Positions 1-13,602 of a stretch of DNA of 64,000 bases are shown here, piece by piece. The stretch is taken from assembly GCA_050613775.1 (NCBI GenBank), contig JBODTK010000117.1:372001-436000 (forward strand). The letters are read 5' to 3'. The stretch is from Neocallimastix sp. 'constans'. Taxonomy: Eukaryota. Position 1 is the stretch's first letter; every line of letters begins with the position of its first letter. The notes under the pieces are model-generated. The model saw nothing but the letters and a program-made list of their open reading frames with translations, did no database searches and had not been told where the DNA came from. The position numbers and the translations under genes are program-made.

Positions 1-410
1 AATTTTCACCAATTGACCTATTCACTACATTTATTAGTAACGATATTATTATTTTTCACGATCACTAATATTAATATTCCTATTTTCAATATCAATACTA
101 TTACTTTTATTAAATAATATTACTTTTATTGTTATTAATATTAATATTATATACTTCGTTACTACTATCAGAACTTGATTCTACATTATTTATATTTGCG
201 ACAATAGGGTTCACTTTATAATTTGATATTGGACAATATTTAAAAATCACAAAAATATTTTTCATAAAGAATTTCAATATCCATAAAATATTTCTTTTGA
301 AATTCATGGAAAAAGTAAGCATTTAGATAATTGATGTTCCAATCGAGAATTACTATTTTCTCTATAACAAGGACAGCTTTCTGGATAGTCGTCTTCAATC
401 ATATCATAAT
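1..410 (-). mobile_element. Degenerate 3' fragment of a LINE related to the family at 56-64 kb; runs off the window edge
   Basis: Minus strand from about 402 reads MIEDDYPESCPCYRENSNSRLEHQLSKCLLFP*. This aligns with the intact element's IVDQMCPNFCPCCKSNKQWISHWLIDCPFF knuckle and is followed by a similar Asn/Ser-rich tract. Stop codon and frameshift present. Confidence 0.6.
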
Positions 411-1157
411 AAATAATTGGGGATTATAAAATAATTATAGAAATAAAATAAAAAATATATATATATATATCTATTATTATAATTTTCTTATATCAATAAC
501 TTTTTTTTTTTTTTTTTTTTTAAATTATAATTTTTTTCATATAAATAATTTTTTTTTTTCTATTTTTTTTTTTTTAATTTTATAAATTCATCATTAAAAT
601 ATATATTAATTTATAAATAATTATTTTCAATTACTAAAAATTTTTTTTATTTTTTTTTTTTTTATTTTTTATTCTTTATTTTATTTTATTTTTTTTTTCT
701 ATTATTATTTTATTATTTATTTAATTTATTTATTATAATTACAATGAGAAATGTTTTTTCATTTTTTTTAATTAGTATTAATTATTTTTTTTTTTTTTTT
801 TTTTAAATTAATTTCCTGTATTTTATTTATTTATTTATTTATTTATTTATTTTATACTATTTTATATTATATTATTTTATTTTAATTTGTTTTGTTTTAT
901 TTTATTTGTTTAATCTTTTTAATAAAATTATATATATTATTTAATTTTATTTTATTTTTATTTTATCTTATTTATTTTAAGGATCAAAAATATTATTATT
1001 ATTATTATTATTAGTGTTAAATTTAATGTGGAAAAAAAAATTAAAAGTTCTTTAAATTATTATTGATAATTATTATTATTATTACTATTATTATTATCAT
1101 GAAAACTAATTTGTTATTTTTTATTATTATTATTATTTATCATGATAACAAATTAAG

Positions 1158-1192
<35 letters not shown>

Positions 1193-1202
1193 AAAATAAA
1201 AT

Positions 1203-1237
<35 letters not shown>

Positions 1238-1305
1238 TCATAAAGTTTTTTTTTTTTTTTTTTTTTTTTAAGGGTAATTAGATATAGTATTATAGTTAAA
1301 TTAAC

Positions 1306-4300
1306 TTATAAAAATCCAGATTCTTGAAGTTTTCTAGCAATAACTTCATCTTCTCTTTCTCTTGGTTCTAAAATAAGTGACATATTATATAGAGTAGTTT
1401 CATCAACGGTTTCATTTAAGCATTTTAGTACGAAATCGCATATTTCTTTAACAGGATTTAAATTATATGGTTGATTTTGGTATTGCTGAATTTCTCTAAT
1501 GACTTCTGCGGTTTTATTTTGTTTACTGAAATTAATAAGTTGATTATTTGTTTTTAAGTTATTAGTATTACCATCTTCAATGAAGGTTAAATCAGTTAAA
1601 TAAACACCAAGGAATGGTACACATGGTGGGTTAACAGAGTGAAGATTTTCACGATATTGAGCATAATTCTTTTGTGGATTCATAATTTCTTCAAGATTAT
1701 CAAACATATCTTTCATCTTCTTTGATAATTGTTCCCATGTACGCTTTAATCTATGAATTGGTGATGAATTAAAACCTGCAAGAATAGACATAACAGTATT
1801 GAAATTATTTAAGCTATAACATCTGTCGGCAACCAAGATGAAATGCTTTAAAACATTACAACGACGTTTTAATTCATTTTCTCTTAAAATAGCAGTAGCG
1901 ACCCAACCGGTAGTTTTATTCGAAAATTCAATCATAGCCTTAACATTTATAGCTGGAGAATTTTCCCTTTCAGACCAAGCTTTATTTAAACATTCAATAG
2001 GTTGAATGAGTGCATAAGTCTTTGATTCCATTATAGTTAATTGTCTGGCAATTTCTAATGGATCAATATCAAGGAATCTAAGGTAGTTAAGATTTCTTGG
2101 CAATATTGGTGGTGGAGCTTCTTTATTAAGGTTTAATAATAACTTTTTACCTGTACCAGCATCTCTCTTTTCTAATGCCTTTAAGATAGTGTTAGCAAGA
2201 TTAGCATGCTCACTGGCAGCTTGTGATGAGAAGAACTGACGTACAGTTTCAAGAGCCTTTGCATCATCTTGATTACCTTGTAAATCAAGAGAATATGTTT
2301 CGATCCATGATTTTAAAACATTACAAACACGAAGACGAATTGGCATGGCCTTCTTCTCATTCCAAATTTTAAGATCTTGTGGATTTGTTAATTGTGGTGG
2401 TGGCTTAATGCAAAAACGTTTAATTAAGGCATCAATAACTTCCATTGAAGTAGCAAATGAACGATAAGTTAATAAGAAGGTTTGAGTAAAGCTAGAATCA
2501 TGAGAATCATGAATAGTTAAACGTTCAATTAAAGCTGGGAATGTAGCACCCTTAACCTTTCCTTCCATATTAAATACAATATCCTTGCTACCATAGTCAT
2601 AATTCAAATACCATGGCTTGGTATTTAAATCTGGGGTAGAAGCAGATGTTTCATTAGGTGCTTCATCACCAAGTAATTGCTTTAATTTATTTTTACTACT
2701 AGTAGAGGTCTTTCTTTCATTATATCTTCCATCAACAGGGGCACCATTAATATTGAATTCAGCAAATTGTTGTTCAAGACCACGACCTGGAGAAGCCATA
2801 CTACCAACAAGATTTCTTTGAGGATATGGACGTTCTCTATTATCTTCTTGGGCACTAAGAATTGGGTTTTCGCCATTTTCTGGAATTTCATTCAAGTTTG
2901 AATTGATTGCAGAGAGAGAAACAGCGCGACGACCACGAGTTCTCATTTGAGGATCCATGTAGTATTGTTGATTAATATGTTCTGAAATAGCTGATGGTCT
3001 TCTTGAATATTCATTAATCATCTTTTGACAATTTTCTGTTTCAACGACTTCTTTTTCTTGTAAAAGATATTTAACAGAAATCATAAAGTCCTTAACACCT
3101 TTTTCAACTAAACCAGCACCAAGAATTACTTGTTCATTAGCATTATTTGGACGAATTGGCGTGACAGCATTTTGGGCTGACATAACTAAACCAGAAATAT
3201 TATTACATAAAGCAATACGATTAACCTTAAATTGACGAGTAGCTTCAGAATTCATATTATCATATTGGACTTCGTCTACAACAGAAAGAAAACGGCCAAC
3301 ATCAGTAACAATAGACTTTGTTTGAGTAATCAAAAAACTAGTTTGATATTCTGGTTGATTTAAAGTAGAAATTAATTTTTGAGTACTTGAATAAATTTCT
3401 TGTGCACATTGTTCTAATTGTGCAATTAATTCTGAACTTCCTTGAGCAGCTTCTTCTTGATCATCATGGTTTTCTTCAGGACGAATATCAATTAAAGATT
3501 TATCTAATTTAATATCAGCATCTTGAGCAGACATAATAAATTGACGAACAGCACCCAAAACATCATTAGCAGCTTGTTGCATTTTAAGAGCAGCATCTGG
3601 TGGTGGCCAAACTTGTGAAGCTGTCTTTGTAGCAAAAACTAATAAATTTAATGTGTGCATAATATTTTTATTTTGTTGTTTAAGAATTTGATAATTTGGA
3701 TAATGTTGAATATCATGTTTTACAGTACCAGAAGCATAGAGCATCAATCTAATAATTTCGACAACTGTAGTAGATTGTTGAACATATAAATCTTTTCTTT
3801 TTAATTGGGCAGATTGATTTAATAATTGTATACTATGAGTAATTTCTTGTAATAATGAATTCCATGTTAATTCAGATTCAAGAATTCTTGCGGTGGTAGA
3901 GCGATAATCATTATTATTAGGTCCTGCGGATGGTGGTCTTTCTTGAGGAATGGCTGATCTTTGAGTCATCTTTTTTTGCATTTATTTTCAATAAAATATT
4001 TTTACATTATAAATAATAGTAATCAAATATATATATATATATTTGTAACATTATATTATTCAAATTTACGATAAATTATTAATTATGAAACATTTATTAA
4101 AATATAATTAATATTTTGGAATAATTTAATTTTGGTTTTTATTTAATTTAACATTTTATAAAATTCAAATTATAATTTCATAAAATATTTAATATTTTGA
4201 TGTTTTTATTTGAATTAAAAATATAAATATATTAATAAAAATAATATTTTGTAAAGATTTATTATATTATTAATTTTTATGTTTATAAAACTAAAATAAT

Positions 4301-5292
4301 ATTAAAAAACAATAAATACTTATAAAAAAAATTATAATTAAATTTATTCTTTATATATATATATATTATTTACAAGTTCACCAGTTTCTGGATTAATTTC
4401 ATCAATATCCCAACAAGTTTCATCAGTAACTTTATTAAAATAATATACTTGACCATCATAAGTTGTTCTTTTACCCCATTGTGGTGGTAACTATTAAATG
4501 AGAAATTATAAAATAACAACAATAAATTTTATTTAATAACTTCAATTATAATTTTTTTTTTAAAAATAAAAATAAATTAAGTTTATTGATTATACTCTTG
4601 TGGCACTATCTCCAGATCTTCTTGATGATTCAGACATTCTATGTCTTCTTCCACTCATTTCAAAATTTTCTCTTTATGTTATATTAATTATATAATTTTC
4701 ATGCATTAATTCAATTTATTTCTTTTTTTATTTATTTATTCTTTTATATTAATAATAATAATAAAAAAAAAAATTCATTCAATATTTACTCCTCTTGATT
4801 ATTCATATCATATCCCATTTCATTTGGTAGCATCATTGGCATACCATTTTGTCTTTTCTATTTAAATATTTATTTAATTAATAAATTAATATATTTAATA
4901 TTTTAGTATCTAATAATAAATTAGCTAAATATTTTAATATTTATATATAACAATTACTGTAATATCAATATCTTGAACATAATTTGAGGGAAACCTGATT
5001 TTCAATAAAATATAAATTTATTTTAATTAATTTAATATTTCATTTTAATAAATTCACTTTAAAATTTTTTTAATATTTCAATTAAATTCTATTTCCATAA
5101 ATAAATTCCACACTTCATTAAAAATAAACTTTAAGTATTTAATAATTACCATCCTCGATTGCCATTACAAATACCGTCCCACCAACCAGAACTCAATCTA
5201 CTAATAACTTGGATGATATCACCTTGTTTTAAAGATAATTGAGAATCATCTTGAGCCTCAAAATCAAACTTTGCTTCGACATGAGATGACAT
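1306..5292 (-). CDS. CDC25: Ras guanine-nucleotide exchange factor, Cdc25-like (SH3, WW, helical region, RasGEF_N, RasGEF), about 1034 aa
   Basis: Six phase-compatible GT-AG exons read by hand: 5292-5150, 4994-4958, 4857-4790, 4671-4596, 4490-4374, 3969-1306. SH3 (EAKFDFEAQDDSQLSL...SGWWDG...RGWFPSNYV), WW (LPPQWGKRTTYDGQVYYFNKVTDETCW), REM (VKGATFPALIERLT, FLLTYRSF) and catalytic domain (PLEIARQLT, LNNFNTV, PPCVPFLGVYLTDLTFIEDGN). Confidence 0.92.
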
Positions 5293-7509
5293 TATTATTT
5301 CTTTAAATATTGAAAATATTAATCTTTTTTTTTAATTCTATTTTAATAATTTATGAATATATAATTTTTATTAATTTTACTTTTTTTCATTTTCTTTACA
5401 ATATTAATTTTAAATTTAAATATTATAAAACAATTTTAAGCTTTCATTCTAATACTTTTTTATTTTTAATACTTTTTTCTTTAATATCATTATTAAAAAT
5501 TATATGTTTTTACATATAAAATAAGTTTTAAATATCATTTTTTGTTTTTAATATTTCAATATTTTATTTTAATTTTATTTTCTTTTATTATTTATTGTTT
5601 ATTTGTTATTTTAAAATTCCTTTTTAAAATAATTTCAATTTTCTCTATTTCTATTTATTGTTGTATCAACAAACATTTTTTCTTTTTTTTCTTATTTTAT
5701 TTATTTTCTAAATACTCTCTTTAAAATATCCCATTTGTATATATTTTTTCATAACTTTAAAATATTCATTTGCATATATTTTTTATAACTATAAGTTATA
5801 AATACTTATATTCATAAAATTTAGTTTAGTTTTTTTATACTTTAAAATTTAGTTTAGTTTTTTTATACTTTTTTCTTACTTTTAATTTATTATATTATTT
5901 ATATTACTAATTACTCAAAAAAATATATTAAAAATAAAAAAATTAACATTTTTCTTCAATAATTATATAAACTTAGAAAACTTTTATCATGAATTATTTA
6001 TTCACCCTTTTATATTGTTACACATAAATTTATTGCATTATATTTTATAATAATTTATGAAAAAAATTTTTTGTAATATTTTTAAACAAAATATGCTTTA
6101 AAATTATTAATTCTAGTTAAAAGAAACCAATATTTATATATTTATATTTGTAATAGTATCAGAATGAAAACTTAAAATAATTCAATATATTTATTAATTA
6201 TAAATATTAAAATATTCATAGCTTACCAAAATAGAAATTATTTTTAATGGAAATTATTCTACTTCTTAAAAGCTTAATAATGTATTTATTCTAAATTAAT
6301 TCTTATTAATAAAAATCTAAAATTTACCTTCTATAAAATAAATAAATAAAAAATATATAAAATATATACATTAATAATTGTTTAATCATAATTAATACGT
6401 TTAACATAATTTTTTTAAAAAAAAAAATGAAAAAATATCAAAAAAGTAACTTCATATACTCATTTTTAAAAATATTAATTATTAAACATATAAACAAAAT
6501 TATATATATATTTTACCTATATATAAAATAAAATTGTTATTTAATGATTTTTAATTTTTATTTTTTTTTTTTTTTTTATTTTTTTTTAAATAAATAAGGA
6601 CTTAACTCTCAGTTTTTATTTTAATAAAACTTTATAAATATATAAAATTTTGTTTTTTTCTTTAGAGGGGAAAAAAAAAAAGCGTTTTGAATAGAAATAT
6701 ATACAAATATTTTTATTTTAGTATATTGTGCTACATATATATATAAAATATTTAAAATTTAGTCTATCATCAAATAATTAATATATTATTTACAATAAAA
6801 AAAATATTACTAATAATAATATAAATTATAAAAGATTTAGTTTTTAACAATATTTTTTAATTATATTATTTTATATAAATAACTTTTATATTTATTAAAA
6901 CTAATATATATATATATTATTTTTTATATTATTTTTGTTTTGTTTTGTTTTGTTTTTTGATTTTATGTTATTTAAAATTTATTGATATTTACTTCTCTTA
7001 TTTTAATTAAAGCATAGATTATTATTAAAAATATACTCTAATTACTCATTTTAATTTAAATTACTATACATAGAAAAGGTATTGTTTCTCAATACTTTTT
7101 CTTGTTTATAAAATTCTTTTAAAATAATCTCTTAATCTCTTTTATTATATTTATAAAAGAAAATAAAGCACAGAAAAAAAGATATAAATCGAGTAATAAA
7201 TTAATAATTATTATTAATTTAAAATATCAGAATATAATTTGATTTCAATAATTAATAATACTAATCATTATATTAAATTAATTTATCTTAATATATAATA
7301 AAAAACTTTATATATTATCGATTCAAATTTAAAAAAAATTAAAAAAACATATTCTTCTAATTATAATATTTTTATTGGCAACAATTATAAAATATTTATT
7401 TATTTATTTATTTATTTATTATTTATATATATATTTATATAATTATTATTTATTTATTATTATTATTATTATTATTTATTTATTTATTATATATATATTT
7501 ATATAATTA

Positions 7510-7591
<82 letters not shown>

Positions 7592-8214
7592 TTAAAATAT
7601 CTAAACAAATTTTTGCTTTATATATATTATTGATTCATACACTCTTAACTATATTTTAACTATTAATATATCAAAAATCTATCTCAAAAGATATTATATG
7701 TATCATAGAATTACAGTTAATTAATATAATTGTAACCATACAATTCATTTAAACTTTACTGTAGTTATATGACTAAAATATATTATTTAATATATACATA
7801 TAAATATTAATATATTAATATATGGGATAGAAAGTTTTACTTATTACTGTAATTAAATTTAATATAAATTTATTAAATTTTGATTTTAGTTGTAAAGTGG
7901 AATTTCATAAATTACAAAAGAAAACTTTATTATTATTATTATACAATAAGATTATATATTAAAATTTTATTAATAATAAATTAACATTACATTTCATATA
8001 AAAAAATAATAATTTAATAAATTTTACATGTCTTGGAATATTGATTATTAAGTTTATTCTATATAAATGGGAGTTTTTTCCTTTTTTTTTTTTATGTTGA
8101 ATGTTTTGTTTTTTGTTGTTATTAATAATTTGTTTATTATCATTAATAGTATAAACTAATAATATGTTTTATCCATTATTCGTATTTATAATTATTTCAT
8201 AATAGAATTTTATT

Positions 8215-8378
8215 TTTTTATTTTTATATATTCTCTATTTTTTATTTTTTTATTTTTATATATTCTCTATTTTTTATTTTTTTATTTTTATATATTCTCT
8301 ATTTTTTATTTTTTTATTTTTATATATTCTCTATTTTTTATTTTTTTATTTTTATATATTCTCTATTTTTTATTTTTT

Positions 8379-8380
<2 letters not shown>
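8215..8380. repeat. About 31-bp tandem repeat (TTTTTATATATTCTCTATTTTTTATTTTTTA), about 5 copies
   Basis: Unit containing TATATATTCTCTA is directly visible repeating. Confidence 0.85.
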
Positions 8381-8413
<33 letters not shown>

Positions 8414-9478
8414 TAAAAAGGACAATTTTAATGAAAATCTATTATATTATTCTTTTCTTCAGAATAAATATTAAAGGTTAAAAAAAAAATGATATTTCTT
8501 AATTTTTTAAATTTATACAATATTAAAAGATATAATGAATTAAATGATAAATATATATATATACATAATTCACAATAATCTATATGTTCTTTTTTTTTTT
8601 TTTTTGTGTGTGTGTGTTATTTTTTATTTTATTTTTTTTTATTGATATAAAATAATATCTTTAATATAAAATTGGTGATTCTCCTTAATAATTGAATTAT
8701 AGATAAACTTTTTTACACTGCATATTTATTCCCTAGATTATATATTGAATTGTTGAGATGAATACAGTTATGCCATATATCACTGAAAGACCATAAAAAC
8801 TCTCTATTGAACAATAATAATAGAACTAATAAATTATCATTAATTATAATTATTTATGGTAGTATTGATAGTAATCATTATAGAAATAACTTATCACTTC
8901 CAGCATACCAGATTTATAATCATGTATTAATATAATTATAATTAGAAAATGCATTAATAATTATAATTAAATAAAATATTTATTATATAATAAATTGTTC
9001 TAATTTTTTTTTAATATTTTATTTAATTATGTAATTATTAGAACAATTTATTATATAATAAAGTAATTCATATTAATTATTAAAACTTTATATACACAAT
9101 AATAATATTTTATTTCTTCATTTGCCTATTGAACCTTCACATAAGTAGTATTGATCAATATAAATTATTAAATTTATATTATTTATATATTTATTTTAAT
9201 TTTATAATAATCAAATAGAATTAAAATTATTATATAATATTTAGTTTTTTTTTTTTTTTATACATTATTAAAAGAATAACCCTTTATTCAAGAAAAGTTA
9301 TAATAGCATAGTAATATATTTAATAAAATACAAAATATGGTAAATTCAAACTCTTCATAATAATTAAAATTATAAAATATATATCATATATAATGAAATA
9401 AAAAAAATAGTAATTAAAATTAGTATAGATATAATATATAATGAAATATATTACATTTTTATATAATATAATTATTAA

Positions 9479-9512
<34 letters not shown>

Positions 9513-10055
9513 TTTTCTAAATAGAAAATGTCTAAAAAAAAAAATAAAAAAAGAAAAGAAAATATTGTATTTTATGTAATATATACATTAAAATATTAAT
9601 TTTAAACCAATGAAAAGTATGCATTATTAATCCTCTTCATTAATGATTCATTCTATGAAGATAAAAAAGGTATTAATAATTCCAAACAGAGTAATTTACA
9701 TATTTAATTTTTTTTTTAAACTTTTTTTTTTATTTTTTTATTTTTATTGTATTAATAATTTACATCAATATATGTTATATTAATATTAATATATATTGTA
9801 AATGTCTATCTTCTATAATCTTAAGATTTTTGAACAAATGAGATATTAAGCTTAATATTAAAAAACTTTAATTATTAATAAATAAATAATAATATAAATA
9901 AAAAAAAAAAGATGGTTATTATAGCAAATTCTTAATTATTCAAACTTTATTAAATATCATTCAATAATAATAATAATTGAATCAAATTTTTAATATTACA
10001 AATTAATTAAAAAAAAATATCTATATATTAATTTATCAAATTTAATATTTCAACT

Positions 10056-11497
10056 ATTTATTTTATTTTATTTTATTTTATTTTATTTTATTTTATTTTA
10101 TTTTATTTTATTTTATTTTATTTTATTTTATTAATACTTTACATATTTTATACTACTTCACTATTTATTTTATTTTATTTTATTTTATTTTATTTTATTT
10201 TATTTTATTTTATTTTATTTTATTTTATTTTATTTTATTTTATTTTATTTTATTTTATTTTATTTTATTTTATTTTATTTTATTTTATTTTATTTTATTT
10301 TATTTTATTTTATTTTATTTTATTTTATTTTATTTTATTTTATTTTATTTTATTTTATTTTATTTTATTTTATTTTATTTTATTTTATTAATACTTTACA
10401 TATTTTATACTACTTCACTATTTATTTTATTTTATTTTATTTTATTTTATTTTATTTTATTTTATTTTATTTTATTTTATTTTATTTTATTTTATTTTAT
10501 TTTATTTTATTTTATTTTATTTTATTTTATTTTATTTTATTAATACTTTACATATTTTATACTACTTCACTATTTATTTTATTTTATTTTATTTTATTTT
10601 ATTTTATTTTATTTTATTTTATTTTATTTTATTTTATTTTATTTTATTTTATTTTATTTTATTTTATTAATACTTTACATATTTTATACTACTTCACTAT
10701 TTATTTTATTTTATTTTATTTTATTTTATTTTATTTTATTTTATTTTATTTTATTTTATTTTATTTTATTTTATTTTATTTTATTTTATTTTATTTTATT
10801 TTATTTTATTTTATTTTATTTTATTAATACTTTACATATTTTATACTACTTCACTATTTATTTTATTTTATTTTATTTTATTTTATTTTATTTTATTTTA
10901 TTTTATTTTATTTTATTTTATTTTATTTTATTTTATTTTATTTTATTTTATTAATACTTTACATATTTTATACTACTTCACTATTTATTTTATTTTATTT
11001 TATTTTATTTTATTTTATTTTATTTTATTTTATTTTATTTTATTTTATTTTATTTTATTTTATTTTATTTTATTTTATTAATACTTTACATATTTTATAC
11101 TACTTCACTATTTATTTTATTTTATTTTATTTTATTTTATTTTATTTTATTTTATTTTATTTTATTTTATTTTATTTTATTTTATTTTATTTTATTTTAT
11201 TTTATTTTATTTTATTTTATTTTATTTTATTTTATTTTATTTTATTTTATTTTATTTTATTTTATTTTATTTTATTAATACTTTACATATTTTATACTAC
11301 TTCACTATTTATTTTATTTTATTTTATTTTATTTTATTTTATTTTATTTTATTAATACTTTACATATTTTATACTACTTCACTATTTATTTTATTTTATT
11401 TTATTTTATTTTATTCAATCTGTACTTTATATTAATATTCTACTATTTATTTTATTTTATTTTATTTTATTTTATTCAATCTGTACTTTATATTCAT

Positions 11498-11531
<34 letters not shown>

Positions 11532-11990
11532 CTAGGAATAAACTTTATTTAATAATATTTCATATTTCTACTATTTATTTAATTTTATTTTATTCAATCT
11601 GTACTTTATATTCATATTTCTACTATATTTTATTTTATTTTATTCAATCTGTACTTTATATTCATATTTCTACTATATTTTATTTTATTTTATTCAATCT
11701 GCACTTTATATTCATTATTTTTTTTTTTTTTTTTTTTAGACTAGGAATAAACTTTATTTAATAATATTTTTTTTTTTAAAAAAAAAATACATGAAGTTTA
11801 AATACATGAAATTTACTTTATATTCATATTTCTACTATATTTTATTTTATTTTATTCAATCTGTACTTTATATTCATATTTCTACTATATTTTATTTTAT
11901 TTTATTTTATTCAATCTGCACTTTATATTCATATTTCTACTATATTTTATTTTATTTTATTCAATTTGTACTTGATATTTATTATTCTGC
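10056..11990. repeat. Compound satellite: (TTTTA)n tracts of variable length separated by a constant unit TTAATACTTTACATATTTTATACTACTTCACTA, grading into a related CAATCTGTACTTTATATTCATATTTCTACTA unit
   Basis: Nine copies of the first unit at about 10131, 10388, 10540, 10667, 10824, 10951, 11078, 11275 and 11352; about eight copies of the variant unit over 11417-11990. Confidence 0.95.
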
Positions 11991-12411
11991 TATTTATTTT
12001 TTTTTTTTATTTTATTTTAATTAATATATATATATATATTGATTATACAAAAAAAAATTAAGCACATGAAATATATTTTTATTAAATACTATTAAAAATA
12101 AAAATAAAAAAAAAAAAAACTCAATTTTATTATATATATTAAAATTATTTTTAAATTTTAAAGCAATCGTTCTAATTCAAAAAATAGAATTAATATTTAA
12201 CAGAATTATTGAATTAGAATCAAAATTATAATTTACTTAATATATATATATATATATATATATTGAGTTTTAGCTATGAAATGAAATATTTTATAAAGTT
12301 AATTAAATGTCTCTTTTACTGAAGAACATTATCACTATATACTTAATAGTATATCCTATTTCATAGTTCCAATTGAAATTAAAAAGTATTAATTTAATTA
12401 AAAATTTACAG

Positions 12412-12463
<52 letters not shown>

Positions 12464-12785
12464 TTTATTTAAAACTAAAAATGAGGGGAAAAAATATTTC
12501 AATAAAAAAAACTATTTTATTAAAACCAAAACATAAAAATAAGTTAACATCCCTAGAGTAAAAAGATAATATAGTAATCTTTTACTGAAAAAATAACCGT
12601 TTTTGTACAATCTTTTTTTTTTTTTTTTATTTTTTATTTTTTTTATTTTTTATTTTATTTTTTTTTTTTTTTTTTAATTTTATATTTTTTTTAATTTTAT
12701 ATTTTTTTTAATTTTATATTTTTTTTTATTTTTCTATTCATTATTTTATATATAAACAATAAATAATATATAGATTTTATGTTTT

Positions 12786-12816
<31 letters not shown>

Positions 12817-12906
12817 CTATAAAGTGACGTATTGTGTTTTTCTATTTTCTATAATAATGTTTTTTTGTTTTGTTTTGTTTTTCACAAATAATGTGTTATT
12901 TTTTCT

Positions 12907-12956
<50 letters not shown>

Positions 12957-13404
12957 ATTATTCAATATAAATATAAATAAATATATATTTTTTTATTTTT
13001 AATTTTTTATATTTTTATTTTATTTAATTTTATTTTAACATTGATTTAAAATAGTAAAGAAAAAAAAATTTATTTTTTTTAGTTATTGCCAAAATAATAT
13101 ATATATATTTTTTTGAGAAAAAAAAAAAAAAAAAAAAAAAAAGTTGTTTTTAATAGATTATAATAAATTAATTAAATTTATAAATCTATTAATGCTTTTT
13201 AAATATATATTAAATTTTTAACTTTTTTCTTTTCTTTACTTTTTTTTTTTTTTTTTTTTTTTTGTACTATATATATATTAAATTACTTAATTTATAATAT
13301 TATTTTACTTTTATATGTTAAGTTCAGATAAAAATACTATTCTTTATATATATTTAATAATTTAATAACTTAGTTTAATAATTATTTTATATGATTAATA
13401 TTGG

Positions 13405-13449
<45 letters not shown>

Positions 13450-13602
13450 TTTTCCTTTTTTATTTTAAAATAAATATTATTAATAAAAAAAGTTTTGTTT
13501 TAAACTTTATTTATTAAAAATATATAAAACAAAAAAAAATTTTTTTTTCTATATTGTTCAATTTTTATTATAAAAATAATATTATTTCCTTTTTTTTTTT
13601 TT

